This document shows positions 40,701 to 50,801 of a stretch of 64,000 bases of DNA, piece by piece (positions within the stretch are counted from its first letter, which is position 1; each line of letters opens with the position of its first letter). The notes below the pieces were generated by a model. That model was not told where the DNA came from, ran no database searches, and saw nothing but the letters and a program-made list of their open reading frames with translations. Made by a program: the position numbers and the translations under genes. The stretch is from an uncultured Candidatus Entotheonella sp. (GTDB lineage Bacteria; Tectomicrobia; Entotheonellia; Entotheonellales; Entotheonellaceae): contig CBDCDA010000001.1 of NCBI GenBank assembly GCA_965215335.1, positions 960,001-1,024,000 of the forward strand, given 5' to 3'.

Positions 40701-41441
40701 TTAGCGCAGCGTTACGGGCTCCTCGGGGTCACCATGGATACGCCATGCCTTGAAAACATGTTCGCAGCCGGCGTTCGGGTTGCGTACAAGCGTCGTGTCA
40801 AGTTCATTGGTTCGCAGGTCGAATTGATAAGCGACGACCATGTACTCGACTTCGCGCCTCGTCAGGACGCCGCTTTCCATCAGGTCGCTATCGACAGGCA
40901 TATCAGCAGGCAAGATCAACGTACAACGATGCGCAGTGCCTTCAGCAAGAGCAAAAGGGGTCGGCGCGACATACATCTTTCGGTCACGGACAAGAAGATC
41001 GCCGTAACTGCCGAAGCCCCTGAAGCTCTTGTTTTGATGCACGTAAGTGTTGTCAGCATTTAGAAAGCTACCATGACATACCACCAGATCAAGGACCGGA
41101 TAGCGGTTGCCATCGGGGTTATTCGGATAGCGTCCGAAGACATAGAAGACTTGCCGTCCATTGTGCTCACCCCGTGGTAGCTGACTGTTGCAGTCGTAAT
41201 CCGCTTCACGACCTGGATAAGCCAAGGCTTTGAGTTCATACCCCTCGGGATGGCGAACAAACCGGAAATCGGGATAGGTATTGCGCCCTGGCTCGTCGAA
41301 GTTTTCACCAATGTGCTGCAAGCGCCCTTTGAACCAGTTCTGGAAGTGAAACTCTTTATCGTTGCGTCCTTCACGCTCAATCAGTTCGCCGTCGCGCATC
41401 GCACGGACGCATTCCTTGAACACCGCACATATCAAAGACAC
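40701..41441 (-). CDS. Putative PD-(D/E)XK restriction endonuclease
   Basis: KEFHFQNW...YPDF...GYELK...NSQLP; 3 bp downstream of a DNA MTase; lower GC. Confidence 0.6.
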   Translation of the reverse strand: MSLICAVFKECVRAMRDGELIEREGRNDKEFHFQNWFKGRLQHIGENFDEPGRNTYPDFRFVRHPEGYELKALAYPGREADYDCNSQLPRGEHNGRQVFYVFGRYPNNPDGNRYPVLDLVVCHGSFLNADNTYVHQNKSFRGFGSYGDLLVRDRKMYVAPTPFALAEGTAHRCTLILPADMPVDSDLMESGVLTRREVEYMVVAYQFDLRTNELDTTLVRNPNAGCEHVFKAWRIHGDPEEPVTLR

Positions 41442-41444
41442 GTA

Positions 41445-43652
41445 TCACCTCTTCCCGGCATCAGTCTTTTCGTCATGCAATCTCGTGATCATCGATTCAA
41501 TCTCCGAGCCGCTCGCCTCAAGTAGCGACAGTGCTGTGTCAAGACGATGTGACATCGACAGCCGCCTGAGAAGCTGCGCCATCACAATGACCCGAACGTC
41601 ATTGCGGCTGAGCCGTCGACCGCTTGAACACAAACGTTGAACCTGTTGCATCGCGACCGCTATTACAAGGTGCCATGACTTCCCATTCCATTCATTTCGT
41701 TCCAGTTGCGACTGTTTCCGGCAGACTAGGATGACGTCAAGGTCGATGGGCTCCTTGGCTTGATGCTTCGGCATGGCGACAGACATTTCAGCCTTGACAG
41801 GGTGGGCCGCGGTGATCCCGAAACCGGCCTTCATGAGTGCAAAGAGTATAGATCGCCATCCTTCCGGACGAGAGTGATGGTACGTGAACGCGAGAACGCC
41901 TGAGTCCTTCAGAACACGATGCGCTTCTGACCACACGGCGCCTAGCCGCTCCGTGAACTGGGACGCATCGGCACTTTGTACCTCGAAATCAGAGCGTGTC
42001 GTGCAGCGATTCTGCTGACATCCGGTATCACTCAGAATATGTCGTTGCCAGACATGAAAGAAATCGGCGAGTTGCGAATAATGCACGTTATCGAAGAACG
42101 GCGGGTCCGTAACGATTGCATCAACCGACTTGTCGTCCAGGTCGGTATGGCTTGAATCCCCACACGATAGATAGACTTGTTTACCCGTCGAGAAATCTTT
42201 GTATTCGCCGGCAAGATCGAAGCCTAGCCTCTCTGAAAGGTCGTAAATTTTTTCGCCCGCCTTCTTCCCCGCCCGTGTCTTCGGACGCAATTCGAAAGGA
42301 GCCTCAGCATAGTCCAGGGCGCGGAGTATTCGTCCCTCGAACATCGTCATGAACGACCCAGAACTCTTTGCGGTGCCCCAGAGATTCGCCTCCAAGGGCA
42401 GGCGCTCCGGTTTCAGAATATGGTGCGCGAACATGTGGCGCACCGCGCCGGTGCCTTCTCCTTTATAAGAGGCAAACATATTGTTGAATTCCAACGTGCC
42501 GGAAAACAGGCAGGTGAACAGGCCGCGCACGACGGTGTCGGGAATCGATCGAATACGATCGGCAAGAATTGACAGGCAGAGAAGCTGCCGGTCATTGAAC
42601 ATTTCATGCCAGAACCGGTAGTTATAGCCGAGGGCCTGATTGGTGTTGTAACCGGGTTCAATCGCAACAACGGGATACGGATTCAAGCCGTCCGCAAGCT
42701 TCTTGGAAGCCGTTTGGTATAGGGTGCGGTCTTCGTCAGTGGTGGATGCGTATTCCTTCGACCCGTCAGGCAAAAATGCGAGCTTCGCATAGAGCCGATG
42801 GGCAGGCGGGTTATTCGTCTCGCGAATCGTCTTTGCGACAGGGAAAGCATGACTGCAGGACGGACAGATGGCTTTCTGGCCGCTGGCCGGGCCGGATTGC
42901 GGATCGAATAAACACTGACAAGAACGGCACCTCGCCTGCTGATCATCGCAGCGGACGACGTTGATATCGCCGCATTCAGGACAGACCGCTCGCGCTTGCG
43001 GATATCGTTTTGGATACGCATGCTTTGCGAAAATCCTCGACGAACGGAGTTCCACCTCATGGCGACAACAAGGGCAAGGCACGATTTTAACCCAGAAGAA
43101 ATAAAGCACCTCGGCAGCGCGTCCGTCGGGAAGCCGAGTTTGGTAATACGAACGGATTTCACCGGAAACATCGCGTTCGATGGACCGATATTCGCGGAGA
43201 ATTTTCGGGCGGTCATGGAAGGAAAGCGCATTGCGCACGAGAAAATGCGCAACGGGGTTGATATCCCGGCCTATGACGCGGGCACCGAGTTTGGCGGCTT
43301 CGCCAAGCGTCGTTCCACTTCCCATGAAGGGGTCGAAAATAACCGAGCTTCTCAAACGGACCGGGCGATAAAAGGCATCTAAGATATCGGTTCGGGAAGG
43401 TGTAAGGACGCCAAGAACGATCGCGCGAAAAACCGTGCCGAGCCTCTGCGCCCACCATTTGTGAATATGGTAGAGAGGACGATTGATTTCTTTCCGCCAG
43501 CTTTCCAACTCCGCAATGTCACTGACCCGCTCGAATGGAAACTCATCGTCCTCAAGAGCGCAACCACCGGAAAACACGCGCAGACCAGCCGGGATGTCGT
43601 CGGGAAAAGAAAAATTGAAACGCCCTTGGCGCTGTATACGGTTTGATCTCAT
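41445..43652 (-). CDS. Adenine-specific DNA methyltransferase with Zn-ribbon insert (COG1743/DUF1156-like)
   Basis: IHKWWAQR, DPFMGSGTT, four CxxC (CPCC, CPEC, CRSC, CPSC), TDPPF. Confidence 0.85.
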   Translation of the reverse strand: MRSNRIQRQGRFNFSFPDDIPAGLRVFSGGCALEDDEFPFERVSDIAELESWRKEINRPLYHIHKWWAQRLGTVFRAIVLGVLTPSRTDILDAFYRPVRLRSSVIFDPFMGSGTTLGEAAKLGARVIGRDINPVAHFLVRNALSFHDRPKILREYRSIERDVSGEIRSYYQTRLPDGRAAEVLYFFWVKIVPCPCCRHEVELRSSRIFAKHAYPKRYPQARAVCPECGDINVVRCDDQQARCRSCQCLFDPQSGPASGQKAICPSCSHAFPVAKTIRETNNPPAHRLYAKLAFLPDGSKEYASTTDEDRTLYQTASKKLADGLNPYPVVAIEPGYNTNQALGYNYRFWHEMFNDRQLLCLSILADRIRSIPDTVVRGLFTCLFSGTLEFNNMFASYKGEGTGAVRHMFAHHILKPERLPLEANLWGTAKSSGSFMTMFEGRILRALDYAEAPFELRPKTRAGKKAGEKIYDLSERLGFDLAGEYKDFSTGKQVYLSCGDSSHTDLDDKSVDAIVTDPPFFDNVHYSQLADFFHVWQRHILSDTGCQQNRCTTRSDFEVQSADASQFTERLGAVWSEAHRVLKDSGVLAFTYHHSRPEGWRSILFALMKAGFGITAAHPVKAEMSVAMPKHQAKEPIDLDVILVCRKQSQLERNEWNGKSWHLVIAVAMQQVQRLCSSGRRLSRNDVRVIVMAQLLRRLSMSHRLDTALSLLEASGSEIESMITRLHDEKTDAGKR

Positions 43653-43686
43653 GCCTGCTCATGATGGGGCCGTCCCACCTGGCCGC

Positions 43687-44937
43687 TCAACCCCAGTGCA
43701 GCAGGCGATGCGCCTGGCGCGTCAGTTCTGGAACGGCCAGCCCGTAGGGGCACGAACCGAGGCAGCGCTGGTGCGTGCATCCGGCACAGGCGGCGGCGCT
43801 GTGCGCCAGCTCGGCATAGCCCTCCATCGCCATGCGCTCGGCGCCGTAATTCTCGAAGTACATCTTGTGGCGCAGTACATCGGCAATCTGCACGTTCTCC
43901 GGGCACGACGACTCACAGGCATCGCACAGCGGGCGGCAATAGGTGGCGTCGTTCAGGGCCACGTAGCGGTGCAGCAGCTCCACGTCGCGCCGCGTCACCT
44001 TGCTGCCACCGGAAGCGACGAGAAACTCGTCGATATCACCGGACGAGCGCATGGTGACGATCAAGGCGTCGACATCGTCGTTCGACAGCACCCAGCGAAA
44101 AGCGGCCTGCGAGAAGGTGGCGCCCTCCTTCTGGTACGGCTGCATGTCGTTCAGCCTGGCACCGCGCAGCGTTTTCATGGCAATCACGCCCATCCCTGCC
44201 GCCTTGGCCTTGCGCAGCACGCGCGGCAGATCCGGGTTCACCGCGATAAAGTCGAAGCGGCGCGTCAGTTTCTGTACGAACGACGGGTCCTGGCCGAAGT
44301 TGTACGCCACCAGCATCACGTCGAACTTGCCGCTGTCAATGGCGTAATCCAGGCACTCGATGAGCCGGCCACCATGACCGGAAAGGCCGACGTAGCGAAT
44401 TTTGCCTTGCTCCCTGGCGCGCTCGGTAAAGGCGTGAAATTCGGGATTCTGGATGCGCCTGACGTCATTCACGGCGTGGTGGAAGTAGACATCGACGTAA
44501 TCGGTGCGCAGCCGTCGCAGGCTTCCCTCCAGCGCGCGCATCATGTGCCCCCGCCGGACGTGCGAGCCGAAGCCGCCCTTGCTGGCGATGTAGACCTGGT
44601 CGCGCTTGCCCTCGAGCGCCTGGCCGATGACGGTTTCAGAGTCGCCGCCGGTATAGCTCTCGGCGGTATCGAAATAGTTGATGCCCTTGTCCAGGGCGTA
44701 ACGCACCAGATCGACATCACCGCGCAGCCGCGAGCCACCAAAGCCGATATCGGCCATGCGCATGTCCGTGGTACCCAGCCGTTTGCGCCGCTTGATAGCG
44801 GCGGTGGCGTGCAACGTCTCTGGAGCCGCCGCGGTCAGCCCGGACGCGGCGCCCAGCGCCACGCCGCCGAGGGTAACCCGCCGCAGGAAGGTTCGACGCT
44901 CGACGCTTGCAGATTCGTCACCATGGGGGGCCGGCAT
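43687..44937 (-). CDS. Aldo/keto reductase with Tat signal and C-terminal 4Fe-4S domain
   Basis: ERRTFL, GINYFDTAESY, SLRRLRTDYVD, CxxxCxxCxxxCP and CxxC...CxxxCP; GAGGAG RBS. Confidence 0.87.
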   Translation of the reverse strand: MPAPHGDESASVERRTFLRRVTLGGVALGAASGLTAAAPETLHATAAIKRRKRLGTTDMRMADIGFGGSRLRGDVDLVRYALDKGINYFDTAESYTGGDSETVIGQALEGKRDQVYIASKGGFGSHVRRGHMMRALEGSLRRLRTDYVDVYFHHAVNDVRRIQNPEFHAFTERAREQGKIRYVGLSGHGGRLIECLDYAIDSGKFDVMLVAYNFGQDPSFVQKLTRRFDFIAVNPDLPRVLRKAKAAGMGVIAMKTLRGARLNDMQPYQKEGATFSQAAFRWVLSNDDVDALIVTMRSSGDIDEFLVASGGSKVTRRDVELLHRYVALNDATYCRPLCDACESSCPENVQIADVLRHKMYFENYGAERMAMEGYAELAHSAAACAGCTHQRCLGSCPYGLAVPELTRQAHRLLHWG

Positions 44938-45140
44938 AGTCAACTCCTCACCACACGGGTTTTTGGGAGAATGAAACACACGATTGAGGGGAACAACCAG
45001 AGGGGCCGGTTCGAAATCCGTGGCTATTATGCGGTATCGTCAGGGAGGCGCGCAAGCACCCGGTGGCCGTGACGGCGCACGCGAATCCGGAGGCTTGGCG
45101 AATGGGCGTCTCGTCAGCAAGGCGTAACCCGACACGTTCG

Positions 45141-46103
45141 TTACGCCGCACCCCCTGTCCTTGAACGAAAATAAGCTACCGTTCGCGCCAACCCATCCGC
45201 CAAGGCCGTTCGTGGCCGCCAATCCAATTGACGCGCCATCCGCTTGCTGTCCAGAACACTGCGACGCTGCTCGCCCGCTTTGGGCGGCACGTGCTCAGGG
45301 TGGACAGAGCTACGAGTGAACCGTCTGAGGTGGTCGAAGATATCGTTGATGGGAGTCTCCACGCCCGTGCCGACGTTGAAGGCCCCTTGGGCGTTGGACT
45401 GCATGGCGAGGAGGTTGGCCTCAACCACGTCGTCGACGTAGACGAAATCGCGCGTCTGGCAGCCATCGCCATTGACGCGTACGGGCTCGCCGCGCAGTAA
45501 CCGGTCCGCAAACAGAGCAATCACCCCGGCCTCGCCGCGGGGGCTCTGACGCGGGCCATAGACGTTGGCGTAACGCAGCGCTGCGTAAGACAGGCCGTGG
45601 ACGCTGTGGAAACAGTGCAAATAGCACTCACCGGCCAGCTTGGTGACGCCGTAAGGGGAGACGGGTCGCAGGGGATGCGTCTCGTCTGCCGGAAAGGTTT
45701 CCTGCTCACCGTAGATGGCGCCGCCGCTGGAGGCGAAAACGATGCGTTCAACCCCGTGGCGCAAGCAGGCTTCCAGGAGATTGAGCAAGCCGATGACGTT
45801 GACCGACGCGTCGTGTGCCGGATTGACGACCGATTCCCGTACACTCGCTTGCGCCGCATGGTGGGATACGACCCGGGGCTTCTCACGCGCCAGAACGTCG
45901 TTCAGTGCCTGGCTGTCACGAACATCGGCCTGGTAAAACGCGACCTCCCGACGCACGGGCGCCGCGCAGCCGGAGGACAGGTCGTCGACGACAGCGGCTT
46001 CGTGGCCTTCTGCAAGCAACCGGTCAACGATGCACGAACCGATAAAACCGGCGCCGCCGGTTACCAGGACTTTCAAGTTGGCTTGCCTCCCGGGGAACCG
46101 CAC
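45141..46103 (-). CDS. NAD-dependent epimerase (UDP-glucose 4-epimerase-like)
   Basis: TGGAGFIG, SSGGAIYG, YGVTK, RYANVYGPRQ, RDFVYV; start may be TTG 46076. Confidence 0.9.
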   Translation of the reverse strand: MRFPGRQANLKVLVTGGAGFIGSCIVDRLLAEGHEAAVVDDLSSGCAAPVRREVAFYQADVRDSQALNDVLAREKPRVVSHHAAQASVRESVVNPAHDASVNVIGLLNLLEACLRHGVERIVFASSGGAIYGEQETFPADETHPLRPVSPYGVTKLAGECYLHCFHSVHGLSYAALRYANVYGPRQSPRGEAGVIALFADRLLRGEPVRVNGDGCQTRDFVYVDDVVEANLLAMQSNAQGAFNVGTGVETPINDIFDHLRRFTRSSVHPEHVPPKAGEQRRSVLDSKRMARQLDWRPRTALADGLARTVAYFRSRTGGAA

Positions 46104-46145
46104 ACATCAACGGAGAGCGACAACCAGTCCGGCCGCGGCGGCACC

Positions 46146-47490
46146 TCAGGTCGCCTCGACGGGGATTTCCGGCAGGCGCCATTCCTCCCGGAAGGCGCGT
46201 TCCATGGACCATCGCGCTTCCAGGGCCTCGCAAGTGCCCGGCAGCGTGACGTCCCGCCAGCGCACCGGCGAGCCGGCCGCGATGTCACGCTTCAGGGTGA
46301 CGCCGTGGGCCAGACCGATCGGCAGCCCCCCCCAGCGCCAGGCTGTCACGCGCCGTCATCAGCTTGCCCCACACCGTGTAGCCACCCTCGCCGTCCAGCA
46401 CCTCGCCGGCCGAGAGATGCCGCTTTGCCGTAGCCACGACGTCGCCGCGGAAACCCGTCATGCAGCCCGTCGGCTCGCGGCGCAGGACTGCCGAGAAGAT
46501 GGATACGTTCAACTCCAGGCCGATCAGGTGATACGGCTTGTACATGGCCGCGTAGCGACCCGTATCATCGGTGACGAGGCCGTACTGCTGAAAGCAGTCG
46601 GCGGCATAGGCATTCGGAGCCTCGAAAACGACGTAGACGCCCCAGCGCAGGTCTCGAAACACGGGTCGGCCATCCCGTTCGAGCGACGACACGACTTCCA
46701 CCTGCCCCTTGTGGTGCAGCAAGCCGCCCGCCTCGGCGGGCCGCAGCACATGGGGCAGATCGTCGGTGCCGCACGGCGGGAACGCCAGGCCGCCGGGCGC
46801 CGGCGTCAGGCCGGTGGCATTGGCAATGGCCGACATTTCGATGCCCGACTTGGTGCCGTCAAGAAAGGAGTTGAACATCTGCGAACTCATGCGCGCCGCC
46901 TCCGCTTGTGCGGCAGTCAGGCCATAGTACTCCCACACCGTGGCCGGGGTGGACGTGTGATAGACCGGCAAATACCGGGTGCCCTTCCCTGCCGCTACCA
47001 CCTCGAAGCCGCACAGGCGGCCCCAATCGACCAACTCGCAGGTCAGAGCCGGCTGGTCGCCGTAGGCCATCGAGTACACGATGCCCGCGGCCGCGGCTTC
47101 GCGCGCCAGCAACGGCCCGGCCAATACGTCCGCCTCCACGTTCACCATGACGATGTCCTTGCCCTCGCGCATCGCCCGTCTGGCGTGCGTCACCCCGGCA
47201 GGCGGATGCCCCGTCGCCTCGACCACCACGTCGACATCATCTGACGCAATCAGGGCCCCACCGTCGTCGACAAAACGGGTACGCGCCAGGCGCTCCGGCT
47301 CCCAGCCGACCGCGGCGCAGACGTCCCGCGCCCGCTGCGGGTCGAGGTCGGCAATCACGCTGACCTCCAACCCCTCGCTGGTCGGCGCCTGCGATAGAAA
47401 CATCGAGCCGAACTTGCCGGCACCGATCAGACCGACGCGCACGGCGCCCTGATCCCGTAATCGCTGCTGCAGGAGCTCGTTCAGACTCAT
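46146..47490 (-). pseudogene. Homoserine-dehydrogenase-like NAD(P) oxidoreductase with C-terminal SAF domain, +1 frameshift in a G8 run
   Basis: GAGKFG, VEATG, GDQPAL, MFNSFLDGTK, LDGEGGY. The SAF tail GLPIGLAHGVTLKRDI is in another frame after the G8 run at 46326-46333. Confidence 0.8.
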
Positions 47491-48299
47491 GCCTGGCCCA
47501 GGGCGGGCTGGGCGCTCTCCTGCTCAGCCAACTTCAGCAGGCAGTCGTCCGCAAGCGACTCGATGGGCGTGAAATCCCGGTGGGCGATAAAGGCGGGACG
47601 CTTGAACCGGCGGATGTGGTTGTTCACCTCGCACAGACTGAGATACACGATGGCGCGTCGCCACGGGCTGATGTTCGGCGGGCTGGCGTGCACCAGATTG
47701 CCATGAAACAGCACCACGTCCCCCGGTGGTCCGGTCGGCGCCACGATACCGCCCTCGTCGGCCAGCCGTGACACCGTTTCGCGGTCCAGTGTCCACAAGG
47801 GATAGCTGGTGCCCTCAAGGTCATGCCCGGCGCTCAGCACGCCGCGCTTGTGGCTCCTGGGAATGAACAGCAGCGGCCCGTTGGCCGGCGTGACCTCTTC
47901 CAGAAACAGGGCGATGTTCATGGCGCGCGGTTCCGGCATCTCGTCGTCACGCTGCCACACCCCGTAATCCTGATGCCACTGCCACACCTCGCCGTCGAAG
48001 GCCGCCTTGGCGTTGACCTTGAATTGGTGCATGTAGACCTGGCCGCCAAGCAACTGCATGACCGGCTGCACCAGCCGCGGGTGCCGGCCCAGGCGCCGGA
48101 ACGCCTCGCTGTACGTATGCGCCGCAAACGCCGTGCGGGCCGCCCCGCTGCTCTCGCGCCATACCTCCTGGCGCTGCTCCCCGAACAACCGCTCGGCCTC
48201 CGCCCGCAAGGGAGCAATCTCTTCAGACGTGAATTGACCGGGCAAAAACAGATAGCCCTGCTCGTGAAACTCGGCCATTTGTGCGTCGGTTAGCTGCAT
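47487..48299 (-). CDS. PhyH-family Fe(II)/2-oxoglutarate dioxygenase (ectoine/proline hydroxylase-like)
   Basis: WHQD, NGPL...PRSH, FHGNLVHAS...RR; ATGA-coupled to the next gene. Confidence 0.88.
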   Translation of the reverse strand: MQLTDAQMAEFHEQGYLFLPGQFTSEEIAPLRAEAERLFGEQRQEVWRESSGAARTAFAAHTYSEAFRRLGRHPRLVQPVMQLLGGQVYMHQFKVNAKAAFDGEVWQWHQDYGVWQRDDEMPEPRAMNIALFLEEVTPANGPLLFIPRSHKRGVLSAGHDLEGTSYPLWTLDRETVSRLADEGGIVAPTGPPGDVVLFHGNLVHASPPNISPWRRAIVYLSLCEVNNHIRRFKRPAFIAHRDFTPIESLADDCLLKLAEQESAQPALGQA

Positions 48300-48342
48300 A
48301 AGGATGCCCTCTCGACTCCATGCGTCTACAGGTACGATGAAA

Positions 48343-48368
48343 CGGAGCCGGTATGCCGACCGGCTCCG
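48343..48368. terminator. Hairpin downstream of the cyclase remnant
   Basis: CGGAGCCGGT-ATGCCG-ACCGGCTCCG. Confidence 0.45.
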
Positions 48369-48385
48369 AGATCAAGGCTTTTGGC

Positions 48386-48551
48386 TTGCCAGGCCGCAAT
48401 CGGATTGCCCGGAGACCCCGTGGCACCGATGAGCTTGAGCGGCGACCAAGTGAACAGGAGATTGTAGAAACTCGCAGGCTTTTGCCTCGGACAAAACGTC
48501 GAGGTCGAGGTTCTCGAAGTTGGTAATGCCGCGCCGGACGATCAGGTTCAT
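48386..48551 (-). pseudogene. C-terminal remnant of a cyclase (kynurenine formamidase-like) gene
   Basis: MNLIVRRGITNFENLDLDVLSEAKACEF, frameshift, then LFTWSPLKLIGATGSPGNPIAAW. Confidence 0.7.
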
Positions 48552-48832
48552 TTCGATCCGCCAGACAGTTTAGTTTGACGGTGCTCCTCATGGTCCCACT
48601 CCCCTCCCTTGCGACAGGTTCATCGCCTCGGAGACGATTGTCCTCGTCAGCAGGAAACGCGCTTGCGAGCGCGTGTTGTAGCACACAGGCCGGTAGATTA
48701 CAATACGACCGGAAACGATAGTGGGTAGACTCAAGGGTCAACGCGTCTGAAGATGCAACGCCCGGCGGGAGACAGATTGAAATCGAAACCACCCCTCGCC
48801 GTCAAGGACCAGGAACTCTGAGGAATCATGTC

Positions 48833-49099
48833 ATGGCTAGGCAATGGACTCATACCCGGCAGGCGCTGCAGCAACTCCGGCCAGCCGTTGCGGCCGCCTA
48901 CCTCACCCGGCTGGCCATCAACGGTCCGCAGATTTACGCCAGGGCCCGCGCCCTGCTGGCGCAATATCCCCTCCAGGACGACCGCTTCAAAATCCACATG
49001 ATCAACTATCTGCGACAGATCCTGCCGGGCAGCATGGATTCGGTCTATGAGGCCCTCTTGCAGGACATCATGTCCGACAAGGCACAATTGGAGGCCTGA
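48833..49099 (+). CDS. Hypothetical protein, 88 aa
   Basis: GAGGA RBS; codon usage like neighbouring genes; co-oriented with the following operon. Confidence 0.55.
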   Translation: MARQWTHTRQALQQLRPAVAAAYLTRLAINGPQIYARARALLAQYPLQDDRFKIHMINYLRQILPGSMDSVYEALLQDIMSDKAQLEA

Positions 49100-49147
49100 A
49101 CCCCCGGTGTTTGGGCACGGCCCAACGCCGACAACAAGGAGTCAAGC

Positions 49148-49789
49148 ATGATCTTTGAGCAGATCGATGCAGGCGGCGACCGCAATTTCAGCTACCTGAT
49201 CGGCGACGGAGCAGGCGGCACCTGCGCTATCGTGGACCCCGGCTACGACACCTCGAAGCTGGCGGCGCGCGTCAACGAACTGGGCTTGCAGGTGACGCAT
49301 GTCTTCAATACCCACACGCACCACGATCACGTCGCTGGCAACGACGTTTTTCACCAAGAAGGCGTGCAGCTCGCCGCCTACAGGGAGGCCAGCGTCAACC
49401 CCGACATCAAGCTGGACCACGGCAGCACCGTGCAGGTGGGAAGCAACACCGTGGAGGTGCTGTTCACCCCGGGGCACTATCTGGACTCCATCTGCCTGCT
49501 GGTGAACGGCAAGCTGATGACCGGCGACACGCTGTTTGTCGGCTGCGTCGGCGGCTCCGGGTTCCAGGGCGGCAGCGCCGAGAAGCAGCATCACAGCCTG
49601 TTCGAGGTCATCATGAAGCTGGACGATGCCGTTGAAGTCTATCCCGGTCACGATTACGGCCCGACGCCGTCCTCGACGATCGGCAACGAGCGCGCCAACA
49701 ACCCCTTCCTGCACCGCACCGACTTCGATGAATTCATGTGGCTGAAGGAAAACTGGGACGCCTACAAGGCCGAGCACGGCATCGCATAG
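49148..49789 (+). CDS. MBL-fold metallo-hydrolase (glyoxalase II-like)
   Basis: THTHHDH, TPGH, TGDTLF, YPGHDY. Confidence 0.92.
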   Translation: MIFEQIDAGGDRNFSYLIGDGAGGTCAIVDPGYDTSKLAARVNELGLQVTHVFNTHTHHDHVAGNDVFHQEGVQLAAYREASVNPDIKLDHGSTVQVGSNTVEVLFTPGHYLDSICLLVNGKLMTGDTLFVGCVGGSGFQGGSAEKQHHSLFEVIMKLDDAVEVYPGHDYGPTPSSTIGNERANNPFLHRTDFDEFMWLKENWDAYKAEHGIA

Positions 49790-49821
49790 AACGCGCCGGC
49801 GATTCGAGGGAGGGCATGGGG

Positions 49822-50769
49822 ATGACACTGAGAGGGCTGGTCCTGGCCAGGCCGCGTGGCTTTTGCGCCGGTGTGGACCGGGCCGTTGACATCGTCGAGC
49901 AGGCGCTAGCGGTCCTGGACGAGCCGGTCTACGTGCGCAAGGAAATCGTGCACAACCGGCACGTTGTCGAAGCCCTGAAGGAAAAAGGCGCGGTATTCGT
50001 CGAGGAAATCTCTGAAATTCCCGCCGGCGCCACCGCCATCTTCAGCGCCCACGGCGTCGCCCCCAGCGTTTGGGAGGAGGCGCAGGCGAAGCAACTGCGC
50101 ATCCTCGACGCCACCTGTCCCCTGGTCACCAAGGTACACCTGGAAGTGCTCCGCTATGCCAGGGCGGACTACACCATCATCCTCATCGGCCACGCGGATC
50201 ACGACGAGGTAATCGGCACGCGCGGTGAGGCACCGGATCATATCCAGGTGGTCGATTCGGTGGCCGGCGTGCGGGAATTGACCGTGCCCGATCCGCAAAA
50301 GGTGGTCTGCCTCACCCAGACGACCCTCAGCATGGACGACACGGCCGAGATCATGGAAGCCCTGCGAGCACGCTTCCCGGCCATGACGCTGCCCGCCAAG
50401 GAGGACATCTGCTACGCGACCCAAAACCGCCAGCACGCCGTCAAGGCGATGGCCAAGCAGGTGGATCGGGTACTGGTCATCGGGGCCACCAACAGCTCGA
50501 ACTCCAATCGCCTGCGCGAGGTGGCCGAGATGGCCGGCGTCGAGGCGAGCCTCATTCAGCAGGTTTCCGACCTCGACCCTGCCGACTTCGAAGACGTCAC
50601 CCGGGTGGGCGTAACCTCCGGCGCCTCGACGCCCGAGTTTCTGGTACAAGAAGTGGTGGACTACTGCCGGCGCCTGGGAGTCGAGGAAGTCAACGACCTC
50701 ATCGTCACCGAGGAAAACGTCAAATTTCTGCTTCCCGCGCAACTGACGCGGGCAAGAACCGGAGCCTGA
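49822..50769 (+). CDS. ispH: 4-hydroxy-3-methylbut-2-enyl diphosphate reductase
   Basis: PRGFCAGVDRA, IVHN, SAHG, DATCPLV, QTTLS, ICYATQNRQ, SSNS, GASTP. Confidence 0.96.
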   Translation: MTLRGLVLARPRGFCAGVDRAVDIVEQALAVLDEPVYVRKEIVHNRHVVEALKEKGAVFVEEISEIPAGATAIFSAHGVAPSVWEEAQAKQLRILDATCPLVTKVHLEVLRYARADYTIILIGHADHDEVIGTRGEAPDHIQVVDSVAGVRELTVPDPQKVVCLTQTTLSMDDTAEIMEALRARFPAMTLPAKEDICYATQNRQHAVKAMAKQVDRVLVIGATNSSNSNRLREVAEMAGVEASLIQQVSDLDPADFEDVTRVGVTSGASTPEFLVQEVVDYCRRLGVEEVNDLIVTEENVKFLLPAQLTRARTGA

Positions 50770-50801
50770 TGCCATGCGTAGACGCGGATCGGGTTTCTTT
50801 C

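Noticed and set aside
47487..48299. ectD assignment
   Set aside because: The EctD signature is not matched and there is no ectABC nearby.
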